Assembly: GCA_010405405.1 (NCBI GenBank)
Contig: MU004235.1
Coordinates: forward strand, 2,100,506-2,164,505
Direction of reading: 5' to 3'
DNA length: 64,000 bases
Origin: Microthyrium microscopicum
Lineage: Eukaryota
This document shows positions 44,801 to 59,500 of this stretch, in pieces. The notes beneath the pieces were generated by a model. The model was not told where the DNA came from. It saw only the letters and a program-made list of their open reading frames with translations, and made no database searches. How positions within the stretch are numbered: the stretch's first letter is position 1; the number at the start of each line of letters is the position of its first letter. A program made the position numbers and the translations under genes.

Positions 44801-47800
44801 AGAGTTAATAAGTAAAGCTAAAGTAATACTAATAGTTTTAGGTTTAGGTTTAAAATTAGTTCTATGTCTAGTTCTAAATTTTCTTTAAGTCTTTTTTATT
44901 TAGACTATATTTATATATATATTTATAGGAACCTATTTATTCTAAAGTATTATAATAGTATTATCTAGGTACTATTTAGTTTTATCTAAATAGGCTTATC
45001 TTAATTATAAGTAAGGTAAATTATTATTATACGTTTATATATGCTATAAAGTAACTACGCTTTTATACTTATTCTCTCTATAAAAAGAGGCTTATTCTAA
45101 GTCTTATTATAATCGTTTTAGTCTACCTAGCCCTCTCTTAGCTAGTATAGGTTTAGTAAGTACTAAAGGCTTCTTTAGATATCCTTTTAGCTTCTTAGGC
45201 TCTAGATAAGATTTATTTAAGTTAAGTTATTCTAAGTCGTATTTAGTTACTTTTATTAGAGCTAATTTAGCTAGGAAGATATCCTTTTTCTTTAATTTCT
45301 CTTAGTAGCGCTTTAGCATAACTAAGGAGAGATTATTAGTAAGTTTCTAGTTTACTTTAGACGTAAAGTAGTTCTTCTACTTTACTTTATAGTAATAGGT
45401 ATTATCTTTATTAACCTTATATCTAATAATATCTTTAACTTTATAGTAATTAGTTTCTTTAGAGTTTAAGGTTTCCTAAGGTAAGACTATTTACTATAGG
45501 AAGTATATATTAGGTATATATTATTATAATAAGGAAATATAGAAGACGTTATAAACTAGAGCGCCTTTAGGTAGATTAATATAGTACGTATTATAGTTAA
45601 TAACCTCTATTACTTTAAAGGAGCTTATATACTTAATATCTAGTTTCTTTTTAGACTTAGCTATTTTAATATTCTTTATATTAAGTAGAACTTAGTTATT
45701 TACCTTTAGGGTAACGTTCTTATAGCCTTTATTATAGTATTTAGCTTATAGGGTTTAAACGTTCTTTAGATAGGCCTAAAGAGCTTTCTAGAAAAATAGA
45801 ATATATTCTACTAGTTTCTTTACGTTAGAAGTAGTACTTATTAGGTACTCTTTAGATACTTTTAGTACGTATAGGTATTTACTTATATATGCTATAAATA
45901 GAGTAATACTAGTTAAGCTATATATACTATTATTATATATAAACTTAGTAGAATTAAGCTTTTTAGCCTAATTATTCTACTCTTAGCTATAGTAGATATA
46001 TAAATAGTACTTAATCTCTTAGTTTTAACGCTTTATTTACTTATCTATCTAGGGTTAGAATATAGTAGATAGCTTTTATTAGATCCCTAAGTAGTAGAGA
46101 AATATATTCTAGAACTTAGAGATAAATATAGAGCTTCTATTAAATATAATTATATTTAGTACGCTATAGAGTTATACTACCTTATATAAGAAGAGCTTAG
46201 TAAGATTATTTATGTCTATATCTTTATAATAAGGTACATAATAAGCTATTTTAGTTAGTTTATAAATAACTACTATAATAGAGTTATATAGCTACCCTTA
46301 GAAGATGCTTAAGAGTAAGTTAGTAATAAAATTAACTATAATATCTTCCTAGAAGGCTATTAGTACTAGTAGGGGTAGAAAGAGCTTATTTTAGCCTTAT
46401 TTAATAGATATATTTTATTTATACTCTAAATAGGCTATATAGTACTCTTAGATATTCTTATTAATATTATCCTAAGTATAATAGCGTTAAATCTTCTTTA
46501 ACGTCTTATATTAGCCTTTATAGCTTCCTTCTAAAGGGTTATTATAAAAATATTAGAGGACTTAGACTTTGTTATTCTCTATAGTAACCTCTATTTATAG
46601 ATAGGTCTATTTATCTTCTATTAGCTTAGTAGGGAAGCTATTAAGTATATCTAACGTAGTAATAATATCTACTTTCTAAGAATTATTTCTTAGGTACTAT
46701 AATAAGGTACTAATAGATATAACTAAGATAGTAATAAACTTAGTTAGGTCTTTATTAGGCTTAGGGGCCTTAGATAGTTATAGTTTGTCTTAGATAAGGT
46801 TTAATAAGGTATCTATAGTTCTTTTCTATTCTATATTACTTAAGGAGACGTAGTCTAGTCTTTATAAGAGTCTATTTATAGGGTTTATCTTCCTTAGATA
46901 GTACTTAACGTTAAACTTAAACTTAGTAAGGAAATCTATCTATCTTATATATATAGTAAAGACATTTTAGGATATATTAAGTAAATAGAGGTTTATATAA
47001 TTTATTAAGACTAAGAACTTTAGAATATTATATAGGTACTTATAAAAGACTCTTATAGAGTTAATAATAGCTAAGAACTCCTATTATAGGGTCCTATAGT
47101 AACTCTTAGGTCTTAATAGCTTCCTTAAGTAGAACGCTATAGGTTACTATTAGCTCTCTTAGCCTAGCTTAGTTTACTTTTAGCTTAAAATACTATAGAT
47201 TGCTTGCTTAAAGGTATCTATCTCTAGATAGGTTTCTAATATAGGATTATAGTAAGTAAAGATTAGTATATATATAAAGATAGCCTTTAGGTTATTAAAG
47301 AATTAAATAGCTTTAGGAGAGAGGTTAATAGGAACTAATTCTTTATTACGTAGCTATTAGCCTTTTAGGGCCTGTCTTAAAAGCTTCTTAGTTAAAGAGT
47401 TTAATAGGGAAGTAATATAAGAGAAGTTAGTAATGAAACGTTAATAGTAGTTTATAAAGCTAATAAACTTTCTTACTTAGTATATATTATATAGTATTAG
47501 CTAATCTATAACTATTATAATTTATTCTAGTTCTACTATAGTATTATTTAGGGTTATAACGTACCTAAGGTACTTAGTTTAGTCTATATAGAAGCTATAC
47601 TTTAATAGCTTAGTATATAATTTAAATTTAATAAGTCTTTTAAGTATCTTCTTTATATATTTAATATAATTTTCTTTATTCTTAGAGAAGATAAGGATGT
47701 CGTTAAGGTAGATAATATAAGTTACGTTAATAAGGCTATGTAGGGCTTAATTAATATACGCTTAGAAGGTAGTAAAAGTATTAGTAAGCCTAAAGGATAT

Positions 47801-50561
47801 TACTTAGTACTTAAAGGACTTATATTTAGTTTAGAATGCTATCTTTTACTTATTATTAGTATAAATATAGATATAATAGTATACTTTATAAAGGTCTAGG
47901 CTTATAAAGAGCTTAGCTCTTAATAGTTAGTTTAATAACTCTTTAATTAGTAGTAGAGTATAGTAGTTTTTAACTATAATATTATTTAAGTCTTTATAGT
48001 CTATATATAGATATAAGGTACTATCCTTTTTCTTTATAAAGATAATTAAGGCTCTAGTAGGAGATTAAGATTTATAGATAAATCTCCTCTTAAGATTTCT
48101 CTTAAGGTATTTACGTAGAACGACTAGTTTTGCTTTTAATAGGCTATAAATAGGTTAATAGGGTATAGTTATACCTAGCTTAAGGTTAATAGCTAGGTCC
48201 TATAGACTATATTCTACTAAATTCTATATTTTATTCTTACTAAAGGCCTCTATAAGCTTCTTATAATAATATAGTAAGTCTTATAAGTTAATATAGTCTA
48301 ACAACCTTACTAGATACTTAAAGAGCTAAGTAGATCTATCTTAACTTAATTAGAGTAGTTTCTCTAGAGAGATAGAGCTAATCTTACTATAGTAGTTATC
48401 TTCTAGATAAATAAAGGATAAAGTCTTAGCTTTAAAGTCTAATAAGGGGTTCTAGTTCTTAAGCTAGAGTATCTTTATAATAATTATATAGTATAGTAAG
48501 TCTATAATATAAAATAATACCTTATTAGTCTTTAAGATCCTATTAGAGTTAACTATTATTACTTTAGTAGTTACTACTTTATAGATAGTTATAGGCGTAC
48601 TATTTAGGTACTTAGCTAACTCCTCTAGGAGATAATATATCTCTAATTAAAGCTTCTTAGCTAAGGCATAGTCTATAATATTAAAATAGGCCCTACTATT
48701 AATTATTACGCTTTATAGCGTATAATCTTAGCTTACTTAATTCTAAGTAGTTCCTTATAGAATAATTTGGCGCAATTTCTTTAATTAGTATACCTTCTTA
48801 TCTAGAATCTTCTTATTTCTTACTACCTCTAGGACCTAAGTAATAATAACTTTATAAAAGTTGCTAGGGAGGTTAAGGACTAGATTATTTATAATAGAAG
48901 CTATAAGGTCTTAGTTAGCTACTTTATAGCTTAGTCTTTTTCTTTAATTCTCTTTAGCTTTAGGTTAGGGTAGTTATAGGCTATATAGCCTACCTTAGCA
49001 TAATTTTAGTACTTACCTTTACTAAGGTTACTAAGAAATAGCTATTTAACTTTAGGCGTTACGTTATTTTTTAGTTTATTTAGCTTTAAAGCCTTATTAG
49101 AAGGGCTTAGTCTAGACTTTTTTAACTTATTCCTTTAGGAACCTTATTAAGTCTTATCCTTTAGATCTATAGACGTTAAACGCTATTTAGAGGATTTGCT
49201 ATTTTTAGTATCTTTTTTAGAAATAGTTAGTGTCTTTTAGTTACTAATAGGTTTTAAGTACTTTAAAATATATTAAGATAAGGCTTCTTTAGCTATCTTA
49301 ACTATATAGTCTAGGTTAAAGATTATATTATTTCTAAGATAAGTAGATAGTCTATTACTAAAGAATAATAGGCAAATTAATATATTATTAATTTTATACT
49401 TATAAAAAAGAGGTATAAGCTTGTTAAAGTATTCTTAGAAGGTCTTTTCCTCTATTATAGTAGTTAAGAAGCTCTAAAAGGCCTTATAACGCTTCTTAAT
49501 AGGCGGACTAAGGAGTTTAAGGGCCTATTGTTCTATAAGGGCTTACGTAGGTTTATATTAGTCTAGTTTAGTTAGCTAGGTCTAGAAATTAACGTAATTA
49601 TCTTAAGTTAGTTGTATAACCTTCTTATTAAGGTAATTATAGGCTTAGAGGATTGCTAGGTATAGGTTCTTTTTGTATTTCTTTATAGTAAGTATATTAG
49701 TTATATTAAAGACTTAATCCTTATACTCTTATAGACTTTTAGCTTTATATATTTATAGTTTATTACTACTATAAGCTAGTTTAGAGTTATTATATTTAAT
49801 ATAGGCTAAAATAGCTAGGCTAGCGTTATATTAACCCTATTTATTAATCTATTTAACTAAGTAGAGTTTTCTATATTTATAAGCTACTTTTATTGCTTTA
49901 AGTTATTTAATTTTAAGTATGTTATATATTTGCTATATTTTAGCTTGTAGCTATTTTAGCGTCTCTTTTATATTTGCTACTAGTTCTAGATGAGCTTATT
50001 CTATATTAGTAAGGTTACTTATAGGGCTACTTAGTCCTACTAGGGTTAGTGTAGCTATATTTAGTATAACTAGATTTAGTCTAGCTAGTTTCGCTCTAGG
50101 GGCCTTATCCTTAGGTTTTATTAGTTTATTACTTATAACTAATTATAGTGTTTTAAAGGAAAAGCTTTATAGGTACTCTATTAGTAAGAAGCAATTATAA
50201 TATTAGAAATTAAAGTTATAGAGTAGGTAAGAAGGTTATAAGATACTTAAATAGATTAGGCATATAGAAACGAGGATAGAAGTAATTGCTAAGGAACTAT
50301 AAAGGGATTCCTTAGCCTCTATCTTATTACTTAGGAACCTCTAAGGTTCCTCTTTAAGCTAGAGTAGTCTATCTATAAGTTAAGGTACCTTAGAGGTACG
50401 CTTAGCTACTAATTATAATAGTTAGGAACCTATTAGTTCTCTTAACTATAGAATGTACTAAAGCTAAAGAAGTAGCTCTGCTAGCTTCTAATAGCTATTA
50501 GGCTAAGGCACTTAGGCTATAATGCTTATCTTAGAGAGTCCGTTAGGTTTAATTCCTAATA
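41824..50561 (-). mobile_element. Heavily RIPped Ty3/Gypsy chromovirus of a second family (8738 bp)
   Basis: 361-bp direct repeats 41824-42184 and 50201-50561; TSD CCTTT (41819-41823 and 50562-50566); LINE sequence resumes exactly relative to copy B. Minus-strand relics: CCHC knuckle ~48975-49015, IYL(D)DILIFS ~47700, RNase H THDQEFLAI ~47080, chromodomain VKWKNY ~45375. Confidence 0.9.
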
Positions 50562-53434
50562 CCTTTATATATAGAGTATAAGTATAAGGTCTAAGATTAC
50601 TATTCTTTAAAGCACTAAAGGATTATTATAAACTACTAATAGTAATTTAGAATAATATACTCTATAAAATAATAAAAGAGTACTAAAGAACTCTTATTAC
50701 TTTATTAAATAAGAAAATAAGAGTTAAACTATTCTAAATAAACGCTATAATTTTAATAGAGAAATATACTAATAAGAATAAAGACTTAATAGTAATATAA
50801 AAGATAAGCAAAATTATTACTAAAGTATACTAAGTAAACTTTCTAAAGAACTAGAGAATACCTTCTTAACAATAATAACTAAGAAGCTTAGTAATGCTTA
50901 AACTAGTATAAATATATATAACTAAGGTTATAGCTTAAGAAGTTAATATACTAAAGTAATAAAAAAAGAAATTAAAAATAAAATAGAAGTAAGATACTAA
51001 CTATAGATAAATAATATAATTAATAAATAATATGCTATAAAAAGAGAAGAAAGTAAAAACTAAACTAGAGTTAGAGATATCTTTAATTAAGATATATTAC
51101 TATAAGCTCTAGATAAATACTTAGATATAGCTTATAAGGACGTAATAATATACTACTATAGTATAGAGAATATTATAAAGTAACTAATTAATTAAGCTCT
51201 ATAATAGTCTTAATAAAGTATAAGTAATAACGCTCTTTCTTATATAATTAAAAGTTATTAAACTTAATAATTAGCTATATAGTGTATAAGTACTAATAGT
51301 TTTTCTACTATAGTACCTATATAGTTACTAGTAATAAATAGTTTACTATATACTACTAAACTACCTATAATATTATAGAGAAAAATTATTAAAATAAGTA
51401 ATAATACTAAATAAGGCTTATATATTCTTTAATCTAAAAAATACTTAGGTAGTAGCTAAATAGCTACTAAAGAGCAAAACTCTTTAGTAATTTAGGCTAA
51501 CTAAAAAGATTATAGAAATAGACCTTAAGGCGTATAAAGAACTACTAAGACTTAAGGATTTTATAAATAACTAATTATAATACTATAATACTAATAAGCT
51601 AGTAATATATAATTATAAAGAAAATAGCTAAGTCTAGAAATATAATTAATTTTATTTTATATTTATTTACTACTTTTTATTAAATAATACTACTATTTTA
51701 CTTAATAACTAAGATATCTCTACTAATAAATTTATTTTTATACTTTAAACGTAAAGCTTTAGTAAGATAGCTTATAAGTAAGCTAAATTAGTAGCTAATA
51801 TAGCTATATTAACCTTTAGCTTCTTTTTTTTTTATTACGTTAGTAAGGCTATAGTAAAAGTAAACTAGGCTCTATAGCTAGTAAACTTACTTACTAAACC
51901 CTTTATAATCTTTACTTACTTAATAGCCTCCTTATCTATACTTAATAATATATACTCCTTAATACCCTAATAAGGGTTAACTAAGTTAGCTATTATTTTA
52001 TTAAAGATACGTTAAAGATACTTACTTTACTCTTTTAACTCTACTAGTACCTTATTATAATATTAAAAAAGGTAGAAGATTAAAAGTAAAGATATACTTA
52101 TAGCTTTATACTTAGAATATTACTCTTTATAATAAGAATAAAAATACTAGCTAAGGCTAGCCTAACTATAAATATAGGTAATTACTATAGTAGGCATATT
52201 AAGATTAATTAAATATTTACTATTAAGTAACTTTATATAATAGTATAATACTTAGAGATAGTATAGATAGATTCTTATACTAAGAATATATATAGTCTAT
52301 ATTATAATAGTTAATACTATATATAAAAAGATATTAAAAGACTTATAATAGAAGCTAAGATAGAACTAGCTAATTTTATGTCTAAGAATAAAGTAGTATT
52401 TTTAATATCTATAAATAAAGTAGTTTTTATCTTCTTTAAAGATAATAAAAAAGAGATACTTATAAGTATAAGATATTTATTAAATACTTAAAAGTAAGAG
52501 AAAAAGAAAGAAGGAAAGCCTATAGAAGACTTATTCTTAAAAAAAGAATTAGGAAGAATAGGAAATATAATAAAAACTTAAAAAAGAAGAAATAACTAAA
52601 ACTATATAGATTTAAAATATTTTATACTCTAGAGGTAGACTATATAGACTACTAGAAACTTAGAGATAGCTATTTAGTAGCCTATTATATAATATTAAAG
52701 AGCGTAGATTAATAAGGAAAACTTAGTTAAGGAATATTATAAGTACTTTACTTAATAGATATTAAAAGAGAGGACTTAATATAGCTAAGAGACGCTATAA
52801 TACTAAAGCCTATTAAGGGTAGAAATTAATTATAAAAACTTAAGAATATATATTATATATGCTTATTATAAAACTATATAGAAAGTTAACTATATAAAGA
52901 TAATAGCTATAAGCCTTTAGAAAGGAGAAGATTAATAGAAACTTATTAAACTATAATAATAAAACTTAATAATAAGGTAATACTAAATAGAAATAAGCGC
53001 TAAAAAGCTAAATCTAACTTATTCTAAGAAATGCTATAGTCTTAAGTAATTAGGTAATAAATAAGTCTTAAAAGAAAAATTAGTAATAAAGATAGTATTA
53101 AGGATTAAGATTTTAGTACGTAATATAGAATCTATATAACGTATAGTATACTTAAGCTATATAGAGCCTTTAGTAATTAGTAACTACTAGTTACTTACTA
53201 TATTAACTTACTAACTAGAATTCTTTTAGTAAGCTTTATAGTTTATAGAGAGATAATATAAGTTCTTCTATTTAGAAGTAGTAGACTAAGAGGATATTAT
53301 AATAATATTAGAATAAGGCTGCTAGAAGGCAACTAAAGGAATACTATAGGTTTTCCTATAAGGGTTTTTCTAAAAGTAAGAGTAGTATCTATATAGCCTA
53401 TTAGCGTAGCTAAAAGATAATAAATAAGATTTAT

Positions 53435-53565
53435 ATAAAGCTATTTATATTAATAAAAAATTTATTTTTAATAATTTTAATAATTTTACTTAAGTTTTTA
53501 CTAAAGCTAATTATAATACGTTACTATCTTAAACAAAAGTAATAAAATTAATAGTTTTAGTATTA
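53435..53565. repeat. Single partial 150-bp satellite unit trapped between the two LINEs
   Basis: Nearly identical to the unit at ~60878-61005 (e.g. TTATAATACGTTACTATCTTAAACAAAAGT) and in the same orientation as both flanking arrays. Confidence 0.9.
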
Positions 53566-56500
53566 TATATAAATCTTGTTTATTGTCTTTTAGCTACGCT
53601 AATAGGCTATATAGATGCTACTCTTACTTTTAGAAAAACCTTTGTAGGGAAACTTATAGTATTTCTTTAGTCGCCTTTTAGTAGCCTTATTTTATTATTA
53701 TTATAATACTTTCTTAGTTTACTGCTTTTAAATAGAAGGACTTATATTATCTTTCTATAAACTATAAGCCTACTAAAGGAATTCTAATTAGTAGGTTAAT
53801 ATAGTAGGTAACTAGTAGTTACTAACTACTAGGGGCCCTATATAGCTTAAGTATACTATATATTATATAGATCTTATGCTATGTACTAGAATTTTAATCC
53901 TTAATATTATTCTTATTACTAGTTTTCTTTTTAAGACTTATTTATTACTTAATTGCTTAAGGCTATAGCGTCTCTTAGAATAGGTTAGATTTAGCTTCTT
54001 AGTGCCTATTTCTATTTAGTATTGCCTTATTATTAAGTTTTGCTATTATAGTTTAATAAGTTCTTATTAATCTTTCTCTTCTTAGGGGCTTATAGCTATT
54101 ATCTTTATATAGTTAACTTTCTATATAGTTTTATAATAGGTATATATAATACGTATTTCTAAGTTTTTATAATTAATTTTTGCCCTTAATAGGCTCTAGT
54201 ATTGCTATAGCTCTTAACTATATTAAGTCCTCTTTTTTAATACCTATTAAGTAGGGTATCTATAATACTCTTTAGCTAAGTTTTCTTTATTAATCTATAC
54301 TCTTTAATACTATATAATAGGCTACTAAATAGCTACCTCTAAGTTTTTAGTAGTCTATATAGTTTACCTCTAGGGTATAAAGTATTTTAAATCTATATAG
54401 TTTTAGTTACTTCTTCCTCTCTAAGTTTTTATTATACCTTTTACTCTTTTTAATTTCTCTTCTAAGAATAAGTTCTTTATAGGCTTTCTTTTCTTCTCTT
54501 CTTTATATCTTTAAGCACTTAGTAAATGTCTTACGCCTATAGGTATCTTTCTTCTATTATTTTTAAAGAAGGCAAAAACTACTTTATCTATAGACGTTAA
54601 AAATACTACTTTATTCTTAGATATAAAATTAGCTAGTTTTATTCTAGCTCTTATTATAAGTTTTTTAGTATTTTTTCGTATATAGTATTAATTATTATAA
54701 TATAGACTATATATACTCCTAGCGTAAGAATCTATCTACGCTATTTTTAAGTATTATACTATTACGTAGAGTTACTTAATAATAAGTACTTAATTAGTCT
54801 TAGTATACTTATTATAGTAATTATCTATATTTATAGTTAAGCTAGCCCTAGCTAGTATTCTTACTCTTATTATAAAGAATAACGTTCTAAGTATAAGGCT
54901 ATAAGTATATTCTTACTCTTAATTTTTTACCTTTTTTAATATTATAGTAAGATATTAGTAGAGTTAAAGGAGTAGAATAAGTACCTTTAATACGCTTTTA
55001 ATAAGATAATAGCTAACCTAGTTAACTCTTATTAAAGTATTAAAGAGTATATATTATTAAATATAGATAAGGAGACTACTAAGTAGGTAGAGGTTATAAA
55101 AGGTTTAGTAAGTAAGTTTGCTAGCTATAGGGCCTAGTTTATTTCTATTATAGCCTTACTAGCGTAGTAAAAGAAAAAGAAGCTAAAGATTAATATAGCT
55201 ATACTAGCTATTAATTTAGCTTACTTATAAGCTATTTTATTAGAGCTTTACGCTTAAAGCGTAAAGATAAATTTATTAGTAAAGATATTCTAGTTATTAA
55301 GTAGAGTAGTAGTATTATTTAATAAAAAGTAGTAGATAGATATAGAATAAAATTAATTATATTCCTAGACTTAGCTATTTCCTTTATAATTATATATTAC
55401 TAGCCTATTAGTACTATAGTATTATAGTTAATTATTTATAAGATCTTTAAGTCTTAGTAGTTCTCTACGTGCCTTAAGGTCTATTTTTATAATCTTTTTA
55501 GTTAGCCTAAATTACTAAAGAGCTTTACTCTTTAGTAGCTATCTAGCTACTACTTAGGCATTCCTTAGATTAGAGAGTATATAGGCCTTATTTAGTATTA
55601 TTACTTATTCTAGTAATCTTTCTTTATAATATTATAAGTAGTTTAGTAGTATATAGTAAATCATTTATTACTAGTAACTATATAGGCACTATAGTAGAGA
55701 GATTATTAGTATTTATACGCTATATAGCTAGTTATTAAGTCTAATAACTTCTAATTATATAAAGAAGAGCGCTATTACTTATACTTTATTAAGACTATTA
55801 TAAAGCTTAATTAGTTAGTTACTCTATAACGTTCTCTACGCTATAGTAGTATATTATTACGTCCTTATAAGCTATATCTAAGTATCTATCTAGAGCCTAT
55901 AGTAATATGCCCTAATTAAGAATATCTTTAGCTCTAGTTTAGTTTTTACCTCCTTCTTCTTCTATAGCGTACTATCTATTAATTACGTTACTTACTTATA
56001 GTTAGTATCCTACTTTTACTTTATCTCTAATCTCTTCTTTTATTACTTTAGCGCGTTAACTTCTTAAGTTATAACCTTAGTTACGCGTATCTATACTAGT
56101 TTAAGTATTACTAAGCTTCTTAGTTATTATTACTAGGGAGGTATCCTTTAATTCCTTAGAAGGTTTGCCTAGTATACTTTAGTAATAATTTTGCTTATCT
56201 TTTATATTACTATTAAGTCTTTATTCTTATTAGTATATTCTTTTACTAAGACTATAGCGTTTATCTAGAGTAGTTTAACTCTTATTTCCTTATTTAATAA
56301 AGTAATAGAAGTTCTTTAGTACTCTCTTATTATCTTGTAGAGTATATTATTCTAAACTGCTGCTAGTAGTTTATAACGATCCTTTAGCGCCTTAAGGAAT
56401 AGTAATCTTAGACTTTATATTTACGCTCTATATATAAGGGTTAGCCTAACGACTACTATATAAAGGAGCTTTATCTTTCTAAAGACTAGTCTCTATCTTA

Positions 56501-59500
56501 ACTGCGCTATTCTTAAAAGTACTACTACTTACTTAAATCCTTTAGTTCTAGTCTTTTTAATATAGTCTTTCTAGTTTATTCTTCTATCTACTTATATACT
56601 TAGTATCCTAATACTCTTTAGCATAAGCTTAGTAGATATATTGTCTACTATTATTATAAATTATAAGTCTGCTTTTAAGTAGTAGATGTTCTAAGTAAAG
56701 TACATTACTTAGTACTTATTAGGGGCGAACTTTGCGCTATATCTAGTTACCTAGTTAATATACTTCTAGTAAGCCTCTTCTAGTCTCGTATAGTTCTCTT
56801 AAATAGTATCGCCCTATATAACTAATATAGTGTTATCTATAAACCTAAATCTAAAGACGTTATTACTTACGTTCTAAAAGTATTTTAGTAGTTCTAATAT
56901 AAAGAAGAGGAAAAGGATAAGTAAGAAGAGAGATCCCTAGAGGATTCTTATATTAGTTATTATTACTAGGCTCTAGTACCTAGTAAATACAATTTAGGTT
57001 ATACGATTAGTAGCAAAGCTTGCTACTATGTTAATTAGCTACTAGGGGACTCTCTTTATCTCTAGGATATAAAGGAGTCTCCTTAGATTAACGTTATTAT
57101 ACGCTCTTTAAAAATTAAGGCTAAGTACTAACACTATAGCTCTTATGTTTTTCTTCTATGCTACTTTAATAGTACTCCTTAGAAGCTATATTACTATTAG
57201 CGTTAACTACCCTACCTTAGCTTCTATCTAGTTCCAAGGTAGTAGGTTATTATCTTCTATAAGTTAGGTAAGTCTATTAGCAATAATCTTTTTAACTAGC
57301 TTTACTATAGCATTCTTAAGGGCGATTAGTTAGTAGGCTAATAGTAGCAAGTAGTCTTTCTTGCTTAGCTTTTTTAGTACTAGCGTATAGGATTACTTTA
57401 GGTATTCTAAGATTATATTACTTATTAGCATTTCGCTAATTATAAGTACTAGTCTTTTACTAAATTTTATTAGTTTTAGATTATTATCCTTCTTTTTAGG
57501 CTATGCCTTAAGCCTAAGAGCCTTTAGGACCTTATTTAGTATATTAATAGGTCCTATTGCCTTACAATTTAGGAGGCTACTAATTGCGTAATCTATCTCT
57601 TCTATTATTACTTTATAGTCTATCTTTAGTTCTAAGAGTAAGATAGCATCCTTTATATTGCTTAGGTTTATTGCCCTAGTTTAAGGGAAAAACTTTATAG
57701 ATAGTATATTTACCTTGCCTTAGTTATTATAAATATAGTTATTACTAGTTATCTATCTAAGTACTAATAAGTATAGGTCTTCTCTTAGTTTACTAGCTTT
57801 AGCTCTTATCTATTTACTTATTTTCTATAGGCCTTAGTTCTTATAGCGCTTATAATCCTTTATAATCTCTCCTATAAAGGTCTACTAGGATACTACTTTA
57901 TCTTAGCGTAGAGATTTCCTTAGCTAGGCTATAACTAATTTATATACGTACTTATCTTAGTTATTTCTTATCTAGAGGTATCTTTTCCTTGTATAGCGCT
58001 TCCTTTATATTAGTAAAGTAGTTATAAGTAACTACCTATATAAAGCTTACTTTAAGGGTTTTACTTTTAGGTAGTAAATCTCTAGTACTTCTATTATTAC
58101 TCTATATAGAGCCTCTATTAGTATATTTTTAGTATCCTATAAGCTATTATTTATATATTTAATAAATTATTCTATATCTAGTTTTTATATATTATACTAT
58201 ACTTTTAGTATATACTTTTCTTATTCTAGGGTAAGCTAGATTAGTATTAAGATATAATCTTCTATTAGTACCTAAGTATTAACTAGGCTATAGAACTCTA
58301 GTCTTTCTTAAAGAAATTAGGATATAAACGTAAGGTTAATTATTATCTCTACTACTCTTACTTTCCTTTCCTTATATAACCTATAGGTTAGCTCTTCTTT
58401 TAGTATACCTAAGTAGAGTCTCTACTAAATTATATCGTAGAGTAAGATATTTGCTTAGAGTTTAGTAGCTAATACTACGCTTCTCTATTAATAGTAGTAG
58501 TAGTTAAAGTCTTCTACTAATAGAATCTCTCTTTCTGCCTTATTAATTACCTTTATTAGTATTAAGCGTTTAGCGATATAGTTATAGTTACTTACTACTA
58601 GGTCTTTACTATATATATTAATAATTATTAGTATTATATACTTACGCTAAAAGTATAGTATTAAGACAAATTAGTTATAATATTTTATTTACTAGTTCTT
58701 TATATTAAGCGCCTTACTTATTATAAAGTATACTCTTAATTAATTATCCTAGTTATATACTAAAGTATAGTTAAAGGAGTAGTATATCCTTCCTAGCTTT
58801 ATAATTCCTCTAGGGTCTTAGACTACTATAATTAGTTACTTAATATTATCTAGTAAATTAAAGAATAGCCTTGCTTCTCTCTTATTTAATCTCTTATAGT
58901 TATATTATATAATATTAATACTATTTATCTAAGTCTATTATTTAGATTTTACTTATTTTATTACTAGAGGTTAGCCTAGGGTTATCTATAGCCTATTCTA
59001 CTTTCTTATAGTTATTCTCTTATTAATCTTCTAGGGCGCTATCTCTTATAGTTTATAAGTTATTATTACCTCTATTAAAGTTAAATATACTTATAATTAA
59101 TCTCTAAGTACCTTAGACTAGGTTATTACGTATCTTATCCTTTACCTCTTATAATACTAATAATCTTCTAGGGTTCTTAGTTCTTACTTTTCTTTTCTTT
59201 ATACTATTTACTATAGTATATTTATTATTATTTATAAGCTAAATTAATATAATTTAGGTAGGTATTATAGCTCTTATCTATTCTATATATCTTTTATTCG
59301 CTACTTAGAATCCTTTTATACTCTTAAAGTAGGTTTAGTATACTTTATATGTATTCTTTTGCTATATATAGTATTCTTAGCTTTACTCTTTTTCTCTTCT
59401 TCTTTCTCTCTTATCGTCTTTATAGTTAGAATACTAGATTAGGCTTATCTTAGTATAGTTCTTAGTATTATAATTACTTACATATTTGCTATAGTTTAGT

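Larger units (their letters stand above)
29963..53434 (+). mobile_element. RIPped Tad-like LINE, copy A (7137 bp after removing two nested LTR elements and one copy of each of their TSDs)
   Basis: TSD ATAAAGCTATTTATA at 29948-29962 and 53435-53449. De-RIPped ORF1 zinc knuckle QCFHCQVQGHxxxxC at ~31111; RT YRPIALEN..LLPWNQMGA across the Gypsy insertion; FADD-like motif ~41415; 3' AATAAA plus TA/CA tail. Colinear with the reverse complement of 53566-60692. Confidence 0.88.
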
